Positions 61,523 through 61,719 of a DNA stretch of 61,719 nucleotides are shown here, in pieces (within the stretch, counting starts at the first letter, position 1; each line of letters opens with the position of its first letter). The position numbers were made by a program, and so were the translations under genes. The DNA lies in the NCBI GenBank assembly GCA_027048495.1, contig JALTWS010000016.1:1-61719 (forward strand), written 5' to 3'. The notes below the pieces were generated by a model. The model saw only the letters and a program-made list of their open reading frames with translations. It was not told the DNA's origin and searched no databases. Source of the DNA: Candidatus Azambacteria bacterium. GTDB lineage: Bacteria; Patescibacteriota; Minisyncoccia; GWC2-36-17; M10-OD1-4.

Positions 61523-61719
61523 TTATGCAATTATGCCCTTGAAGTAGTCTTTGAACTTATCCTCTTTATCTATAGAGTCAGCAACTATAAAATGAATAAA
61601 ATCTTGAACATTATAAACTTCTACTATTTTAGACAAAATATCAAAACAATCCAAAGGATAAACAAAAACAGAATTTTGTAATTTTATAAATCCTATTTTA
61701 TTTAAATAATTCCTAATAG
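61523..61719 (-). CDS. partial CDS (5' end outside window); C-terminal tail of a small Cas2-fold/PaaX-C-like protein (tentative)
   Basis: The minus frame is open from the window edge to TAA 61523-61525: IRNYLNKIGFIKLQNSVFVYPLDCFDILSKIVEVYNVQDFIHFIVADSIDKEDKFKDYFKGIIA. The G(F/L)..LQ.SV(F/W)..P pattern is reminiscent of Cas2/PaaX-type tails. Confidence 0.4.
   Translation of the reverse strand, partial: IRNYLNKIGFIKLQNSVFVYPLDCFDILSKIVEVYNVQDFIHFIVADSIDKEDKFKDYFKGIIA

Noticed and set aside
1-61719. tRNA, rRNA, tmRNA, RNase P or SRP RNA genes in the GC-rich intergenic islands
   Set aside because: None of the islands (34.5, 37.7, 45.1, 48.3 and 53.3 kb) shows a cloverleaf with T-loop GGTTCRANYC or other diagnostic conserved motifs by eye. 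They are reported instead as uncharacterised structured elements.

Overview
AT-rich, very gene-dense bacterial chromosome segment with about 66 protein-coding genes, short intergenic gaps and many 1-30 nt gene overlaps. The standard code applies, and TGA is used as a stop in conserved full-length genes. Several traits suggest a reduced-genome lineage such as Patescibacteria/CPR, by inference only: a split transketolase, an AlaRS without a C-Ala domain, a minimal sugar-phosphate operon, many small Zn-ribbon proteins, and cell-wall genes interleaved with housekeeping genes.

Layout:
- 0.3-3 kb: polysaccharide flippase and priming sugar transferase.
- 3-5.7 kb: dcd-glyA-folD.
- 5.7-6.9 kb: repeat-rich non-coding region holding two small genes with their own strong signals.
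- 7-17.2 kb: scpAB, DD-carboxypeptidase, mraY, D-aminoacylase-like amidohydrolase, ftsW, murG, gltX, M23 peptidase.
- 17.2-20 kb: NTP-transferase, HD hydrolase, and an overlapping SET and EVE pair.
- 20-31.7 kb: rpmA, rplI and a long minus-strand envelope operon (S41 protease, GT2, LCP, GT2, O-antigen-ligase-like, GT4, ddl, GT2, amidase, TagA-like).
- 31.7-44.2 kb: priA-like, def, fmt, aminotransferase, CDGSH protein, alaS, Nudix, mnmA, rlmN, corA, rhodanese-like.
- 44.2-52.1 kb: DnaQ-like exonuclease, UvrD/PD-(D/E)xK helicase-nuclease, rpmE, prfA, lytic transglycosylase, L25.
- 52.2-55.5 kb: small accessory island with a membrane Zn-ribbon gene split at an A7 tract, a decayed HNH gene, an intact DUF6884-like and GIY-YIG-like pair, and a membrane protein.
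- 55.6-61.2 kb: fba, an unknown 421-aa gene, PfkB kinase, split transketolase, rpe.

No rRNA, tRNA, CRISPR array or intact transposase was seen.

Most notable observations:
- A family of tandem (56-57 bp period) 34-40 bp palindromes, mostly perfect, with a conserved core AACTCACGATCGTGAGTT and compensated arm substitutions, at three loci.
- A PriA homolog with all ATPase motifs degenerate but its Zn-finger cysteines intact.
- A promoter- and terminator-bounded structured sRNA candidate.
- GC-rich structured islands flanked by long AT-rich inverted repeats.
- The DUF6884-like/GIY-YIG-like two-gene module.
- A 147-bp in-frame tandem duplication with only synonymous differences.
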